DNA of 64,000 nucleotides from a virus (IMGVR_UViG_3300046678_000974:12409-76408), one strand, 5' to 3'; numbered from the stretch's first letter, positions 27,954 through 38,239 are shown. Program-made: numbers and translations. The notes: a model not told the origin generated them from the letters alone.

Positions 27954-30422
27954 TTGATGACCTTTCTGACACAGACTGATGTCGTTGAGCGCCTGTACAA
28001 TCTATTACCACGTGGCTGGTACCCCGACCTCCAAGATGCGCCCAATCTTCAAGCCGTCTTGTCGATGTTGGCCGCGACGTATAGCAATGACTTTGATGGT
28101 CTCTATCAACTTCTGCTCTACGTCCAGCAACAAGCACGGGTGTTCACCGCTACCGACTTCTGGCTCGATCTAGCAGCACAGGATTATTTCGGCAGTCGTC
28201 TACAGCGTCATGTGTCAGAATCAGATACCAGTTATCGTCGCAGAATCATCCTCAATCTCCTAGCACCACGTGGTACTCGGCCTGCTTTGGTTGCTAATGT
28301 AACTAACCTTACAGGTGTTACACCGAGAGTCATTGAACTTCGTAATCCGGGTGATTGCGGTTCCTATTCAAGCCTTGGCAATCCTGTCTGGGGTGGCGCT
28401 GCATATAATCAACAGGGTGCTTATGGCACGCTCACTATGCCGTTCCAACTGTTGATCAGTGTACAACGTCCACAAGGCGAAGGTATTCCGCTGATCAATG
28501 GCTATAGTATGCCGGGCAGTGGCTATGCCACCTATCCTAAGCCATTCGGTTTTACTGGTGGCAATCTACCCCCAGCAAATACTTGGGGTATCTCATCTTA
28601 TGAACAACTGATCGATATCATCGGCCAAGTTACCGATACCGATATCTATCAAATGGTATCGGATACCATGCCTGCTGGAACCATCGCTTGGACGGCGATT
28701 CATTCCGAGTTCGTTGAGTCACCACCCATCGGTGGTGGTGCTATGCTGGATGTTAATTTTTATCTGAATATGTCGGTGTTGTCAGCCAGTCGAGGCGTGC
28801 AAGGTGCACAAGCATTGGCGAATATGGCGTTTCCGATCCTGTTTCATGCCACCATGGTCGAGCAAGCCCACCTGCTCGGGCATTTTACGATGTCGCCTTT
28901 CCGTTTCTCGGCTGGTATGTCCTTGGTGTCGCCTTTGATGGTAACGATCAATATGATCATGCCGATCATCGTTTTCAAAGCAGCGATGCAATTCGAAGCG
29001 CTCTCTGCCAAGTTCACTATACCAGCTATCAGTATGACGCCAACCGTAATCTTTACTGGCCAAACACAGCCACTATTGCCTGCCAATTTGCCCTTCACCC
29101 TCGGCACGATCGTCGGTGCGCAGCCATTAATTGGTATCAACTTCATACTTGGCCAGTCTGCTCCAGGTGAAGCCGGAGGCATGCCGGCTATTGCAGTCAA
29201 TTCTGTCTGTCATGTGGGCGATTTTGCCGCTTCAGTGCCGCCTTCTCTTGCATCGGTCACTGCTGGTACAGTCGCCGGTCTCACAGAAGTTACCGGTGTC
29301 GGTCTGTCCAGCAGTTTCAATATCCCAGCAGTCAGCGGCACGACGATCGCCGCTCCGCTCGCACCACAACCGCAGCCAGTGCTGCCGGAAACACTGCCGT
29401 TCCTATTGGGTGGTGGCGTGCAGACCCAGCCACAAGTCACGTTGGCACTGCCGGATGTACAGAGCACAACCATTCTGGGCAGTCTTGCCGTGCCACCGAG
29501 ATTGGCTGCTGTCACAAGCCAAGCAACCCTTGGCACGCTTGGCGTCTCGACCAGCGCGTTCCAAACTTTCAATCCAACAAGGAAGACCAGCAATATCAGT
29601 CTTTCTCCCGATCTGCTTACCGCAACCAAGACGATTGGCACCAGTGCCGATCCGATCTTTGGGACCAAAACGGCTACGTCTGGATTGTACTATTGGGAAG
29701 TCACAGTCAGCATTACCAATGCCAGTCAGATCACCGCTGGTATCGCCAATATTACAGCACCATTCGCATCAGGTGATTTCATCGGCTTCGATGTCAACAG
29801 TATCGGTTGGGCAGCAAATGGCAATGTGTTGGAAAATAACATATCACAAGCATCATGGCCAACATGGACGTCAACCGGTGCACCAATCCAGCCTCAGACA
29901 TTGACTACCAGCGCACCCGGCGGCACACAGATGTCGCTGGCTTGGGGCGCCGCTGTCGATGTAATCACCATGTGCTTTGCCTTCGATGCCTATGATGGCT
30001 TGCTATATGGTCGTATAGGCGCCGGGCCTTGGAATGGTGGTGGCGCAACCACCTCCGCCGGACTAGTGACACTCGGTGTGACACCGCTTGGACAAGGCAC
30101 CTCTAGTGGATCGACTGCGATGACAATTCTTGGCCAGACGCCGCTTGGTAGCTCGATCGCAGGACAGTCCAGTGGTGCTGTTATCCCGCCGCCATCTGGG
30201 CCACCCAATGCGCCTCAAACACAAGTCGGTACCATCCTGTCCGGTTCGGTCGTGATCACATGGCAGTCTACACAAACCGGTTTGCTAATCCCATCCACTG
30301 TGTTCGACGGTGGGGCAATCGGTCCAGCGGTAACCCTGTTCTCGTCGGGCGATAAGGCAGTCATGGCAGTTGATAGTGCGCACTGGCAGTATCAGCCACC
30401 TGACGGATACACAGCATGGTAA
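27954..30422 (+). CDS. Baseplate wedge gpI-like protein fused to a linker and C-terminal SPRY/B30.2-like domain
   Basis: WLDLAAQDYFG...ESDTSYRRRI...RGTR at the N-terminus; GLYYWEVTV...FAFDA...YQPPDGYTAW SPRY-like C-terminus. Confidence 0.75.
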   Translation: MMTFLTQTDVVERLYNLLPRGWYPDLQDAPNLQAVLSMLAATYSNDFDGLYQLLLYVQQQARVFTATDFWLDLAAQDYFGSRLQRHVSESDTSYRRRIILNLLAPRGTRPALVANVTNLTGVTPRVIELRNPGDCGSYSSLGNPVWGGAAYNQQGAYGTLTMPFQLLISVQRPQGEGIPLINGYSMPGSGYATYPKPFGFTGGNLPPANTWGISSYEQLIDIIGQVTDTDIYQMVSDTMPAGTIAWTAIHSEFVESPPIGGGAMLDVNFYLNMSVLSASRGVQGAQALANMAFPILFHATMVEQAHLLGHFTMSPFRFSAGMSLVSPLMVTINMIMPIIVFKAAMQFEALSAKFTIPAISMTPTVIFTGQTQPLLPANLPFTLGTIVGAQPLIGINFILGQSAPGEAGGMPAIAVNSVCHVGDFAASVPPSLASVTAGTVAGLTEVTGVGLSSSFNIPAVSGTTIAAPLAPQPQPVLPETLPFLLGGGVQTQPQVTLALPDVQSTTILGSLAVPPRLAAVTSQATLGTLGVSTSAFQTFNPTRKTSNISLSPDLLTATKTIGTSADPIFGTKTATSGLYYWEVTVSITNASQITAGIANITAPFASGDFIGFDVNSIGWAANGNVLENNISQASWPTWTSTGAPIQPQTLTTSAPGGTQMSLAWGAAVDVITMCFAFDAYDGLLYGRIGAGPWNGGGATTSAGLVTLGVTPLGQGTSSGSTAMTILGQTPLGSSIAGQSSGAVIPPPSGPPNAPQTQVGTILSGSVVITWQSTQTGLLIPSTVFDGGAIGPAVTLFSSGDKAVMAVDSAHWQYQPPDGYTAW

Positions 30423-30437
30423 AGGCTTAAATAAGAC

Positions 30438-33398
30438 ATGGCCAAACCTAACTTTTTCGTAGGCGAGTTGCTCGCAGCCGATGAACTCAATGCAGCTTTT
30501 GCTGATTGCGTTTCCCTTAGCGCAACAGGTACCCAAACACTTGCTTCGATAATCAATCTACCACAACTCATTGCAACCATCAGCGTTCAAGCAGAACAGT
30601 TGGTGGTTACCGGTGATCTGGTGTGCACCTCTAGCTCAGCCGTAACCCTTCCTGTAGGCCCAACGATCGAACGGCCTAATCAGCCTGCGGGTGGAATGCT
30701 GCGTTGCAATTCCGATGCCGCTACCTTGGAAGCCTATCTTCCTTCGGGTAAATGGGTCACACTCGCAACCACCGATGCCGCTGTCACACCGGTCAATCCT
30801 CCACTCAGTATGGAAGCACCAACATTCGGTGTGGCTACCAGCAATGCAATCCCAATGGGTTGGTCGAATCCACACGGGGGCACTGCCCCATTCACCTTCA
30901 AGGTTGAGTTTCGTCCCACTGGATCAGCAATATTTGCCACTTGGACACAGCAAACTTCTGCCCTCGCTACGACAGTGTCAGGTCTGCTACCAGCAACTCG
31001 CTATGATTTTCAGGTCACCGCGTTCAATGCGGCTGGTTCGGCAATCTCCAATATAGTCTCCACTAATACAGTTGGCTTCCTCGATGGAGGGCCGGGTAAT
31101 CTTACCGCTTCCCAACCAACTAGCACGACAATGGCATTGACGTGGTTGCCAATCAGTGGTGCAGCCTACCAAGTTCAATACGCAGTACCAGGAGCAACCC
31201 TGTGGACTGATTTCGATGGGCCTGTTAGCGGTAATAATGTCACTGTCACAGGACTCATCGCCAATACCCAGTACCTGTTCCATGTCATAGCCAAGACATT
31301 ATCGAATAACGCTGAGTCATTGGTAGCACAAAATGCCACCCTTACAGCAGCCACCACAGCCCCCAATACGGCGACAGCTTTGGTGGCTAATGGCATTACT
31401 ACTTCAGGGTTTACCGTCTCGTGGCAGCCTCCTACGGCTGGCACACAGCCATTGTCCTATCGCCTGCAATATCAATTGGCAGGTACCTCAACATACACTG
31501 ATTATGGCCAAGCACAGACCCAGACCTCAGTATCTTTGATCAATCTCGATTCGTCATCCGGCTACAACGTCCGAGTGATCGCAACGAATTCGGCAGGGTC
31601 AAGCACCAGTGTGCCATTGACGATTACAACTCTTACCGCTGTGGCAAACCCCGGTGAGGTTAAGGGATCGCAGATGTCGAGCCCAACAGCACCAACGATC
31701 ATCGCTCCCTTCATCGCCAATGTTCCTCAAGCCTCAGCAATCGCCCTCACCGGTATTCAATTGATCGATCCGGCTGCCATCTATTCGCCCGGAACAATCG
31801 CAGTCACAGTATTGGCCAACACTGGCATGGTCACCATGACAGATGTGAGCGGAAATAATATCACCGGGTCTGGAACCAATGTCATCAACTACGCCTCAAC
31901 TTATCCCGCAGTACAAGCCGCATTGGCATCGTTGGTCTATACCGCGACTACCCTCGGGAGTGACAACGTTACCATCACAGTAGTTGATCAATTGATCAAA
32001 CAGACTGCATTATCGATTGCGATTACTGTCTCTGATGGTGTAGGAGTAACTCCATCACAGCCTCCACCGGGGGGTAATCCATCCTCAACGATTACTGCAA
32101 CTGGACAGCCTTCTGATTTCAATGGCACCTTAGCCAATCGCTCCAAAAGTTTCACTGATCGTCTGGGAATCAATGTGCGGTTGGAAGACCCCGGCTATAC
32201 ACGGAACTTCACTGGACTGCAAGCAGCAGTGTTGGAAAATCTGATCATGTATGTGGGTCAGAGCAATATCCCATATCTTCGGCATAACGCAGGTACTGCC
32301 CTCAATCCAGCGTTCATGAGTCAGATTGCCACCAATACCAATACCCATTTTATTCTCGCCATCGATCAAAAGGTCCAGCCACAATCCTATAGTGTGGTCA
32401 CTAATCTCATGGAACAGATGGCATTGTTCTATAATAATTCTGTTTCTGCTTTCGAAGGACCCTATGGTGCCGATCAGGCACCCACAGTGTTGGGTCCAGT
32501 TAACTTTTTGCCGTCAGCAGCACAGTTTCAGAACACCTTATACAGTGCCGCTCATGCAGTCGGTATACCAGCACGCCAGTTGACACCGATCGCACCCGGT
32601 AATAACAACCAGTTCGGTTCGCCTCCAGCCGATGTCGGTACCACTTCGTTGTTTCCGCCATTCAGTCCTAATGGTACCGGTAGTCCATTGTTCACTACCG
32701 ATTCCAATGGCTATCTGGCAAATGCTTTGAGTGGTGCACGTACCGCAACACCCAATCTACCAACCGCAATCGTCTCATTCGGCTGGCAATCATTCCCTAA
32801 TGGTACCACCAATACAGGTCTCGGGTTGGTTAATGAAACCACACAGGCCGTCTATATTTTGGAGACTTTGTTCTCGGCTTACAAACAGAACGTCACCAAT
32901 ATCATGATCAATGAACTGCTGGATGTGCAGGTCGGTCAATCAATCGATGATTTTGGTCAGTCCTTTGGTCTGTTCAACTCAGCAGGCACACAGAAAATCT
33001 CAGCCTTGGCCTTGCGTGCTATCATGTCCAAGCTGATCGATAATTCAATCTTCTCATTCAGCTTCGTACCAGGGCATCTGGATTATACCGTGACCGGTAA
33101 GCCCGGTCCCTATGGTGGCTTCGTGAATACAGGCTATCAAGATGTGGTGTTTCAACGTTCAGATGGTACCTACCTATTAATTATGTGGAATGAACAAGTT
33201 CTCAATACACGGGGTGGTAATAATGCTCCGCTCAATGTGCCGAGTGTGCCGATTATCTTGACGTTCAATGAGACCACCAAGAGCAATGTTCAAGTGTTTG
33301 ATCCGATCTTAGGACAGACTGTACAGCAACAGAGCACAGTGGGATCAATGAATATCAGTCTGCCGCCCTATCCTATCATTGTTCAGGTGACCTTCTGA
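30438..33398 (+). CDS. Tail fibre with three intact FN3 domains and a GH-A-like barrel lacking catalytic Glu
   Basis: Fibre-anchor start FFVGELLAADELN; three FN3 repeats; DRLGINV...AFEGPYGAD...AIVSFGW...FGLF. Confidence 0.75.
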   Translation: MAKPNFFVGELLAADELNAAFADCVSLSATGTQTLASIINLPQLIATISVQAEQLVVTGDLVCTSSSAVTLPVGPTIERPNQPAGGMLRCNSDAATLEAYLPSGKWVTLATTDAAVTPVNPPLSMEAPTFGVATSNAIPMGWSNPHGGTAPFTFKVEFRPTGSAIFATWTQQTSALATTVSGLLPATRYDFQVTAFNAAGSAISNIVSTNTVGFLDGGPGNLTASQPTSTTMALTWLPISGAAYQVQYAVPGATLWTDFDGPVSGNNVTVTGLIANTQYLFHVIAKTLSNNAESLVAQNATLTAATTAPNTATALVANGITTSGFTVSWQPPTAGTQPLSYRLQYQLAGTSTYTDYGQAQTQTSVSLINLDSSSGYNVRVIATNSAGSSTSVPLTITTLTAVANPGEVKGSQMSSPTAPTIIAPFIANVPQASAIALTGIQLIDPAAIYSPGTIAVTVLANTGMVTMTDVSGNNITGSGTNVINYASTYPAVQAALASLVYTATTLGSDNVTITVVDQLIKQTALSIAITVSDGVGVTPSQPPPGGNPSSTITATGQPSDFNGTLANRSKSFTDRLGINVRLEDPGYTRNFTGLQAAVLENLIMYVGQSNIPYLRHNAGTALNPAFMSQIATNTNTHFILAIDQKVQPQSYSVVTNLMEQMALFYNNSVSAFEGPYGADQAPTVLGPVNFLPSAAQFQNTLYSAAHAVGIPARQLTPIAPGNNNQFGSPPADVGTTSLFPPFSPNGTGSPLFTTDSNGYLANALSGARTATPNLPTAIVSFGWQSFPNGTTNTGLGLVNETTQAVYILETLFSAYKQNVTNIMINELLDVQVGQSIDDFGQSFGLFNSAGTQKISALALRAIMSKLIDNSIFSFSFVPGHLDYTVTGKPGPYGGFVNTGYQDVVFQRSDGTYLLIMWNEQVLNTRGGNNAPLNVPSVPIILTFNETTKSNVQVFDPILGQTVQQQSTVGSMNISLPPYPIIVQVTF

Positions 33399-33871
33399 TG
33401 CCATTCACCAATTATGCTGATGGAACCGTGATCTTTGCCGCGCAATTGAATGCCGACAATGCCACATCACTCGATCTCAACACAGCAACTACACAAACCC
33501 TTCAAGGCGGTCTCACCCTGTCTGGGCTATTGACCACACAGGCAGTGACCACCAATGGTGTGCTCACTCTCAAGGGTGGTACCATCAATAACGTTAAGCT
33601 GATCACCACCGGTGCCAGTTATACCATGCTGCCCACCGATCGATACATCTTTTGTCAGACCAGTGCCGCTATTACGATCGCCTTGATATCAAGCCCAACA
33701 CAGGGACGTACGATTACAGTTAAAGACTCGGGTGGTACGGCAGGGACTGGGAATATTACCATTTTGCCAGCGGCTGGCTTCATCGATGGTATAACCAGTT
33801 ATGTTATCTCTGCCAACTATGGTACCGCAACTTTCATATATTCAGGGTCGAGATGGTTAAGCGGCGCCTGA
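33398..33871 (+). CDS. Short tail-fibre module protein, paralog 2 of 3
   Basis: TDRYIFC...GRTITVKDSGGTAGTGNITI...IDG...YSGSRW. Confidence 0.75.
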   Translation: MPFTNYADGTVIFAAQLNADNATSLDLNTATTQTLQGGLTLSGLLTTQAVTTNGVLTLKGGTINNVKLITTGASYTMLPTDRYIFCQTSAAITIALISSPTQGRTITVKDSGGTAGTGNITILPAAGFIDGITSYVISANYGTATFIYSGSRWLSGA

Positions 33872-33892
33872 TAACGGAGCGTAAATAAGATC

Positions 33893-34468
33893 ATGTTTCT
33901 AGCATCGGTCTACACGGGCATCGCCCTCAATTCGTTTTCAGTCATGTGGAACAACGCCACATTGACAATATACAGTGGCGTACCACCCGGTACCGCCGAA
34001 GCCTCGCTTAGTGGTAACACTCAGCTTGTTCAATATGTTTTTGCTGCTACCGCATTTAGTGTGGTGTCCACCGCAAGCGGATTCGACACACAGACTGCAA
34101 GTTTTGTCGCTTCAGCCGTAGCCCCCACCAATACAGGGACAGCAACCTTTGGCCGAATCGATATCGTGCCAGCAACATGGGCCGCTACCACAGCTTATGT
34201 GCGTGGCGCTGTGGTCAGCAAGTCGAGCAACTATTACACCTGTGTTGTATCAGGAACTTCGGGATCAAGCGGTCCCTCTGGTACTGGCCTCGGCCAATTG
34301 GATGCGACTACAGCATGGGATTACGTCGGCCCTACCACGGCAGGCACCACAGCGGCACAGGTCACTGTCGGCACCTCTGGTACTGACATCATCATGGCTT
34401 CTACCGCGTTACAGACTGGTGTGACGGCCACCATTACGGCTTGCAACTTACAGATACCGGTCAACTGA
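33893..34468 (+). CDS. Virion structural protein with inserted CBM5/12-like motif
   Basis: ATLTIYSGVPP...TGTATFGRI...GTSGTDI frame with insert WAATTAYVRGAVVSKSSNYYTC. Confidence 0.55.
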   Translation: MFLASVYTGIALNSFSVMWNNATLTIYSGVPPGTAEASLSGNTQLVQYVFAATAFSVVSTASGFDTQTASFVASAVAPTNTGTATFGRIDIVPATWAATTAYVRGAVVSKSSNYYTCVVSGTSGSSGPSGTGLGQLDATTAWDYVGPTTAGTTAAQVTVGTSGTDIIMASTALQTGVTATITACNLQIPVN

Positions 34469-34929
34469 TGACAATTTCAAAGATTCTAGTCACCAACAAT
34501 ACTGATGGCAATCATTCGCCAGATACCTGGGCCATGGCCGCAGCAGAGATGCTGGCCAATACCATGAACCTGACTGGACAGAATGCTATCGATGGACAGC
34601 GATTGGTCATCAAGTTTGCCGATGTTCTGATCAAACACTTTGATCAGATTCAAAAATTAGAGACTAAGAAGTTGGAGAATGATGCTAAACATCTATTGAC
34701 CAACTTCGATGATGAACTCGAAATCGATCTGCGCAAGATTGTCCAAGAGCTACAGAAGGTGGCCAAAGGTACTGTCTGGGAAGCACATTATCAATCTCCG
34801 TCTGTGCAGGTTGCGGCCATAGATGAATTGCGTCGGCTATTTTATACCTCGATGCACGTCGATCGCTTGGCTTTCGCTACCAAAAATCCTGATAATCTAC
34901 ATGCCGCAACTTATATGAAGGTGAGTTAA
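34468..34929 (+). CDS. Hypothetical protein
   Basis: TGATG-coupled start MTISKIL. Confidence 0.6.
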   Translation: MTISKILVTNNTDGNHSPDTWAMAAAEMLANTMNLTGQNAIDGQRLVIKFADVLIKHFDQIQKLETKKLENDAKHLLTNFDDELEIDLRKIVQELQKVAKGTVWEAHYQSPSVQVAAIDELRRLFYTSMHVDRLAFATKNPDNLHAATYMKVS

Positions 34930-34930
34930 T

Positions 34931-35602
34931 ATGGCTATCACAACTGCAATGGCGACCAGCTTCAAATCCGAACTGATGCAAGCCTCGCATTGTTTCAATG
35001 CACCCCCCGGTTCGGCGCCAACTGGTAACACCACCAGTGCCAGCACATCAGTGACCTCAGTCAGTTCACTAACCGGTATTTCCGTGGGTCAGAAGATCAG
35101 TGGCACTGGTATTCCGGTGAACACTGTAATCGCCGCATTGCCCTCCACAAGCAGTCTTACGCTTAGTATAGCTGCAACCGCTACCAATACCGGTACAACC
35201 TTTACTCTGGCAGGCGATGTATTCAACATAGCACTGATCAAGTCAGGCATGGCCGGTACCTATGGAGCAACTACTAGCAACTATAGCGCTGTTACTGGCA
35301 ATAGTGATGAGGTGAGTGGTACTGGTTATACGGCTGGCGGATTGGCATTGGGTAATGTCACTCCAACCAATGATGGAGCCTCGGTTGCTTGGACTAGCTT
35401 CAGCCCTAACCCCAGTTGGGCCGGCGCCACCTTCAGCACCGCAGGCTGCATCATCTATAGCACCTCAGCACGCAATGCAGGGGTCACTGGACGTGCCATT
35501 TCCGTCCACGATTTCCAAGGTGTCCAATCAGTATCAAGCGGAACTTTGACAATTCTTATCCCTTCCGCAACGAATACTACGGCGTTGCTACGCCTGAGTT
35601 AG
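34931..35602 (+). CDS. Conserved phage virion structural protein
   Basis: MAITTAMATSFKSEL...EVSGTGYTAGG...CIIY...VHDF...TILIP pattern common in phage tail regions. Confidence 0.65.
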   Translation: MAITTAMATSFKSELMQASHCFNAPPGSAPTGNTTSASTSVTSVSSLTGISVGQKISGTGIPVNTVIAALPSTSSLTLSIAATATNTGTTFTLAGDVFNIALIKSGMAGTYGATTSNYSAVTGNSDEVSGTGYTAGGLALGNVTPTNDGASVAWTSFSPNPSWAGATFSTAGCIIYSTSARNAGVTGRAISVHDFQGVQSVSSGTLTILIPSATNTTALLRLS

Positions 35603-35662
35603 ACTTCAGACGCAATGCTTGGCTCCTAGGCATGGCGAGTACGGCTCGGTGTTTGAAGTCTG

Positions 35663-35704
35663 GAGGGTAGATGAGTTTTCCTCCTGTCTCATCTACCCTC
35701 TTTT
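35663..35704 (+). terminator. Intrinsic terminator
   Basis: 13-bp stem gagggtagatgag/ctcatctaccctc followed by TTTT. Confidence 0.75.
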
Positions 35705-35921
35705 AATTTGGTAATGATCCCGTCTCATTGATGATTCGAGCCATCCGTATCTGATCCCGCATCAAGTTCACGATGCTGTCTAACAATTTGTTCTGAACTT
35801 CGGGGTCTTTATTCACCCCAATGATCAACATCAACATGGTGGAGATCATTGCCGATATCGTATCATCAAAACGACTACCATTGATCGCAGCACTCAGTTT
35901 GCCACAGAGTTCATCGTCCAT
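35703..35921 (-). CDS. Hypothetical protein
   Basis: Coupled small ORF. Confidence 0.5.
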   Translation of the reverse strand: MDDELCGKLSAAINGSRFDDTISAMISTMLMLIIGVNKDPEVQNKLLDSIVNLMRDQIRMARIINETGSLPN

Positions 35922-36166
35922 CAGTTGGTTCTCATTTCACGAATGCGTCTGATCTTCAACTTAATATGCTCCATCAACATCTCCAGTAACTGATAGGGAT
36001 TGTCAAAGTCAGCCAAGAGATTGCTGATCAAGTTGGATAGGGTCTGCCAGTTGTCATGACCAGCATCCTTCACCTTTTCAAGTTCACTATAGATGTTCAG
36101 GATCGCTCGCTTCTCAATCTCAGCAATCTCTGGTGGAACAGGTCGAAATATCGAATCGTCTGTCAT
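35921..36166 (-). CDS. Hypothetical protein
   Basis: 81 aa, AAGGA RBS. Confidence 0.55.
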   Translation of the reverse strand: MTDDSIFRPVPPEIAEIEKRAILNIYSELEKVKDAGHDNWQTLSNLISNLLADFDNPYQLLEMLMEHIKLKIRRIREMRTN

Positions 36167-36167
36167 G

Positions 36168-36434
36168 TTATTTCCTTTCCAAGCGGTCTAATGCCGCTTC
36201 AAGTTGCCAATCTTCATATCCCGGTATAAAACTACCGTCCCTTTTTTCGATCAGGATACCATATCCCATCGCAGTATAGCGTGCAAAGTTAGCCATCAAT
36301 TGCTGCGACCCGTCGTTCCAACCTACGGAGCTTACGACGGGCGCGGATTCGCGCGTGGGTTTCTGGTTTAGCATAGGCATAGCGTTCGACAAGGCTTCGG
36401 TAGGCTCTATGTTCTTGATGATAATCTTTGGCAT
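36168..36434 (-). CDS. Hypothetical protein (true start uncertain)
   Basis: Overlaps the upstream ORF by ~145 bp. Confidence 0.35.
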   Translation of the reverse strand: MPKIIIKNIEPTEALSNAMPMLNQKPTRESAPVVSSVGWNDGSQQLMANFARYTAMGYGILIEKRDGSFIPGYEDWQLEAALDRLERK

Positions 36435-36702
36435 ACTGTAGTGCCCTTTTCTTATTCGCTCTCGTTGATTCGATCACTGAATTGATCTGACATATCTTAC
36501 ACCGTGATTGATAACCAGACTTGCTGAGTTGGTAACGATGGAAATCGCGACATTCTTTTACCACCCCACACATTGAACACGTCTTAAGCTTATCCTCCGG
36601 CCATGCCGGCTTCTTTCTCGGTGTCAATGGACGTCCAACAGCCTTGGGCTTGAAGCCAAAGGGCATCTCATACTTGATCGCTCGCCTAGGTTTACCAATC
36701 AT
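36289..36702 (-). CDS. Cys-rich Zn-finger protein resembling the N-terminal part of phage HNH endonucleases
   Basis: CSMCGVVKECRDFH...YQSRCKIC followed by an Arg-rich helix; no HNH motif. Confidence 0.55.
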   Translation of the reverse strand: MIGKPRRAIKYEMPFGFKPKAVGRPLTPRKKPAWPEDKLKTCSMCGVVKECRDFHRYQLSKSGYQSRCKICQINSVIESTRANKKRALQYAKDYHQEHRAYRSLVERYAYAKPETHARIRARRKLRRLERRVAAIDG

Positions 36703-36807
36703 GATAAAAAATCCCTAAAATACCCCCCTATTTAGCATAATCACCGTTACGAAAATAAATACAGGGTCAACCCATCAAGGCTTGACGCCATAATAAGGAC
36801 AAGAAAC

Positions 36808-37218
36808 ATGGCAAGACCCAGAACACGACCAGACACTCTTACTGTTCAACATGACCGGCAGCGTGATACTAATCGATATTATGATACCGATCCATTTGAT
36901 GGTTGGGCCAAGACGGCGTTGAATAACGCACGCCGTCGGGCGCGATTGAAAGGCTTGGCCTGCACCATCACAGTGGAAGATGTTAAACAAGCTGCCAAAC
37001 ATGTGACCCATTGCCCAATCTCTGGTGTTGAGTTGCTCTACGCACGTGGTTATGGTCTGCGAGCCAATTCAGCCAGCATCGATCGCTTCGACAATACTTC
37101 TGATTATACCCCAGAAACCATCGCAGTGATCTCCATGCGGGCTAATGCCATCAAAGGCAATTGTAGCATCGATGAGATGATTGCCATCGGTGATTACGCC
37201 AAGCTACGCAAGCTGTAA
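36808..37218 (+). CDS. His-Me finger (HNH-like) endonuclease
   Basis: CPISGVEL...SASIDRFDNTSDYTPETIAVISMRANAIKG. Confidence 0.65.
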   Translation: MARPRTRPDTLTVQHDRQRDTNRYYDTDPFDGWAKTALNNARRRARLKGLACTITVEDVKQAAKHVTHCPISGVELLYARGYGLRANSASIDRFDNTSDYTPETIAVISMRANAIKGNCSIDEMIAIGDYAKLRKL

Positions 37219-38202
37219 CTTTTTAGGGTTCAACCGCAGTGCCGTTCCAGCCATCGATAATGCCGCCTTTCGATCACCCAAATGCAGGTACGCAATGCCT
37301 GCCAGATCATATGGCCCCTCATTGTTGGCATAGCGATCAGCCATATAGGCAGTCGTGGGCGGTACTGCGGTCGCCCGTAAACAGAGATCAATACAAGCAT
37401 GAACATTCGCTTGGTTTAAACAGTACTTCGCCGCTGCTACATACGAATCCCGCGATCCATCTTCTAATGTCGCCCGCATAAACCATTCATATGCCTTCGC
37501 TTCACCCAATAAAGCATAGGCTTGCGCAATATATCGCATTGAACTTGCGCGTTCTGCCGCCCATAATGCAGTCTTCATCTTGAGATGATGCTGCAAGGCC
37601 GTGATCGCTTCACCATATCGCTGCATCATGAAATATTCCCGTCCCAGATAGTGCGCACTACGATCATCATCAGGGTCTTCCCGCACCGCCATCTCTAACA
37701 GGTCGATATAGTGTCGGTTTTTTGTCGCATCAGGATGATGCTCAATCAGTATCTCATCACATCGACCCATCTGCTCTAATCCTCTCGCCACCAAAGTCTC
37801 ATGTACCGGATGCTTCCAGCGGTGGGAGAATCGACCGACAATCTTATCAGTCCAGAATGTTACCTCGGGTGACCACACATAGCCATATTGCAACCGATTG
37901 CCAGTCCATGATCTCTCCAATAACTCACGCCAACCAGGTACCAGTACCTCATCCATGTCAAGCGAAACCACCACATCACACTCCGGTAACAGAGCTAAGG
38001 CAGCATTGCGAGCATCATCAAACCGAAATGGACTAATACGGATTTGCTGATAGGCTATCCCATAGTCCGCTAAACGACTCATGGTGGCATCGGTCGAACC
38101 GGTGTCCACCACAAGCCGATGGTCAGCATCTTCCGTCGAGTTCGCCCAACGATCAACAAATCTCTCTTCGTTAAGCGCAATCGTATACACCGTGATTTTC
38201 AT
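37204..38202 (-). CDS. Glycosyltransferase family 2 with TPR-like repeats
   Basis: VYTIALNEE...VVDTGSTD...SLDMDE (DxD)...HPVHE; helical C-terminus (RSAHYLGREY). Confidence 0.85.
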   Translation of the reverse strand: MKITVYTIALNEERFVDRWANSTEDADHRLVVDTGSTDATMSRLADYGIAYQQIRISPFRFDDARNAALALLPECDVVVSLDMDEVLVPGWRELLERSWTGNRLQYGYVWSPEVTFWTDKIVGRFSHRWKHPVHETLVARGLEQMGRCDEILIEHHPDATKNRHYIDLLEMAVREDPDDDRSAHYLGREYFMMQRYGEAITALQHHLKMKTALWAAERASSMRYIAQAYALLGEAKAYEWFMRATLEDGSRDSYVAAAKYCLNQANVHACIDLCLRATAVPPTTAYMADRYANNEGPYDLAGIAYLHLGDRKAALSMAGTALRLNPKKLQLA

Positions 38203-38239
38203 CTATAGGGTTCTTTATATCTTGATACCTCTATATAGC

